From Leucoraja erinacea (lineage: Eukaryota), in contig NC_073396.1 in assembly GCF_028641065.1 (NCBI RefSeq), positions 3,100,001 to 3,164,000 of the forward strand: DNA of 64,000 nucleotides, written 5' to 3'. Each line of letters starts with the position of its first letter. The stretch's first letter is position 1. The position numbers and the translations under genes are program-made. Shown here one piece after another: positions 63,521-64,000 of the stretch. Below the pieces are notes generated by a model. The model was not told where the DNA came from, ran no database searches, and saw nothing but the letters and a program-made list of their open reading frames with translations.

Positions 63521-63861
63521 NNNNNNNNNNNNNNNNNNNNNNNNNNNNNNNNNNNNNNNNNNNNNNNNNNNNNNNNNNNNNNNNNNNNNNNNNNNNNNNN
63601 NNNNNNNNNNNNNNNNNNNNNNNNNNNNNNNNNNNNNNNNNNNNNNNNNNNNNNNNNNNNNNNNNNNNNNNNNNNNNNNNNNNNNNNNNNNNNNNNNNNN
63701 NNNNNNNNNNNNNNNNNNNNNNNNNNNNNNNNNNNNNNNNNNNNNNNNNNNNNNNNNNNNNNNNNNNNNNNNNNNNNNNNNNNNNNNNNNNNNNNNNNNN
63801 NNNNNNNNNNNNNNNNNNNNNNNNNNNNNNNNNNNNNNNNNNNNNNNNNNNNNNNNNNNNN
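63521..63861. other. Assembly gap (341 N)
   Basis: Run of N flanked by (AAT)n and (CA)n microsatellites. Confidence 1.
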
Positions 63862-64000
63862 CACATATACACACACACAAAAATAGTATAAAAAGACAAA
63901 ACCAATGCCTATGTGGTTCAATATTCTGCAGGAACAAGATTTTACGTCGTAAATTAATTATAGAATAAAGCTAGCACGTGAAATGAAAGATGCTGTTCCC

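Noticed and set aside
63013-63968. Long ORFs containing X runs
   Set aside because: They are artefacts of the 341-N assembly gap.

Overview
This is a vertebrate genomic window. The HE1/V-type tRNA-derived SINEs and the CR1, Rex1/Babar and Penelope families suggest an elasmobranch such as a skate or ray (inference). Three genes can be reconstructed exon by exon: SMCR8 (+, 2 coding exons, 947 aa), TMEM11 (+, 2 coding exons, 187 aa) and DHRS7B (-, 6 clear coding exons plus a candidate first exon at about 63.3 kb, next to an assembly gap). Most of the rest is transposon-derived. Main observations: (1) a transposon hot spot upstream of SMCR8, with a 462-bp TIR element, 8-bp TSDs and several TIR-only remnants resembling P-element excision footprints; (2) an SMCR8 promoter built from minisatellites carrying 12 TCACGTG (CLEAR-like E-box) sites and 4 ETS sites, followed by a uORF whose stop overlaps the main ATG; (3) a retroposed, spliced, CCA-tailed tRNA-Leu(CAA) fragment with apparent modification-induced RT scars; (4) many Penelope-derived palindromic inserts with minimal hammerhead-ribozyme cores, including one apparent local 3' transduction; (5) an array of about 10 ZNF143/THAP11-type sites at the TMEM11 promoter. 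No searches were run. Gene and family calls come from recalled sequence similarity, and repeat boundaries are approximate unless TIR or TSD coordinates are given.
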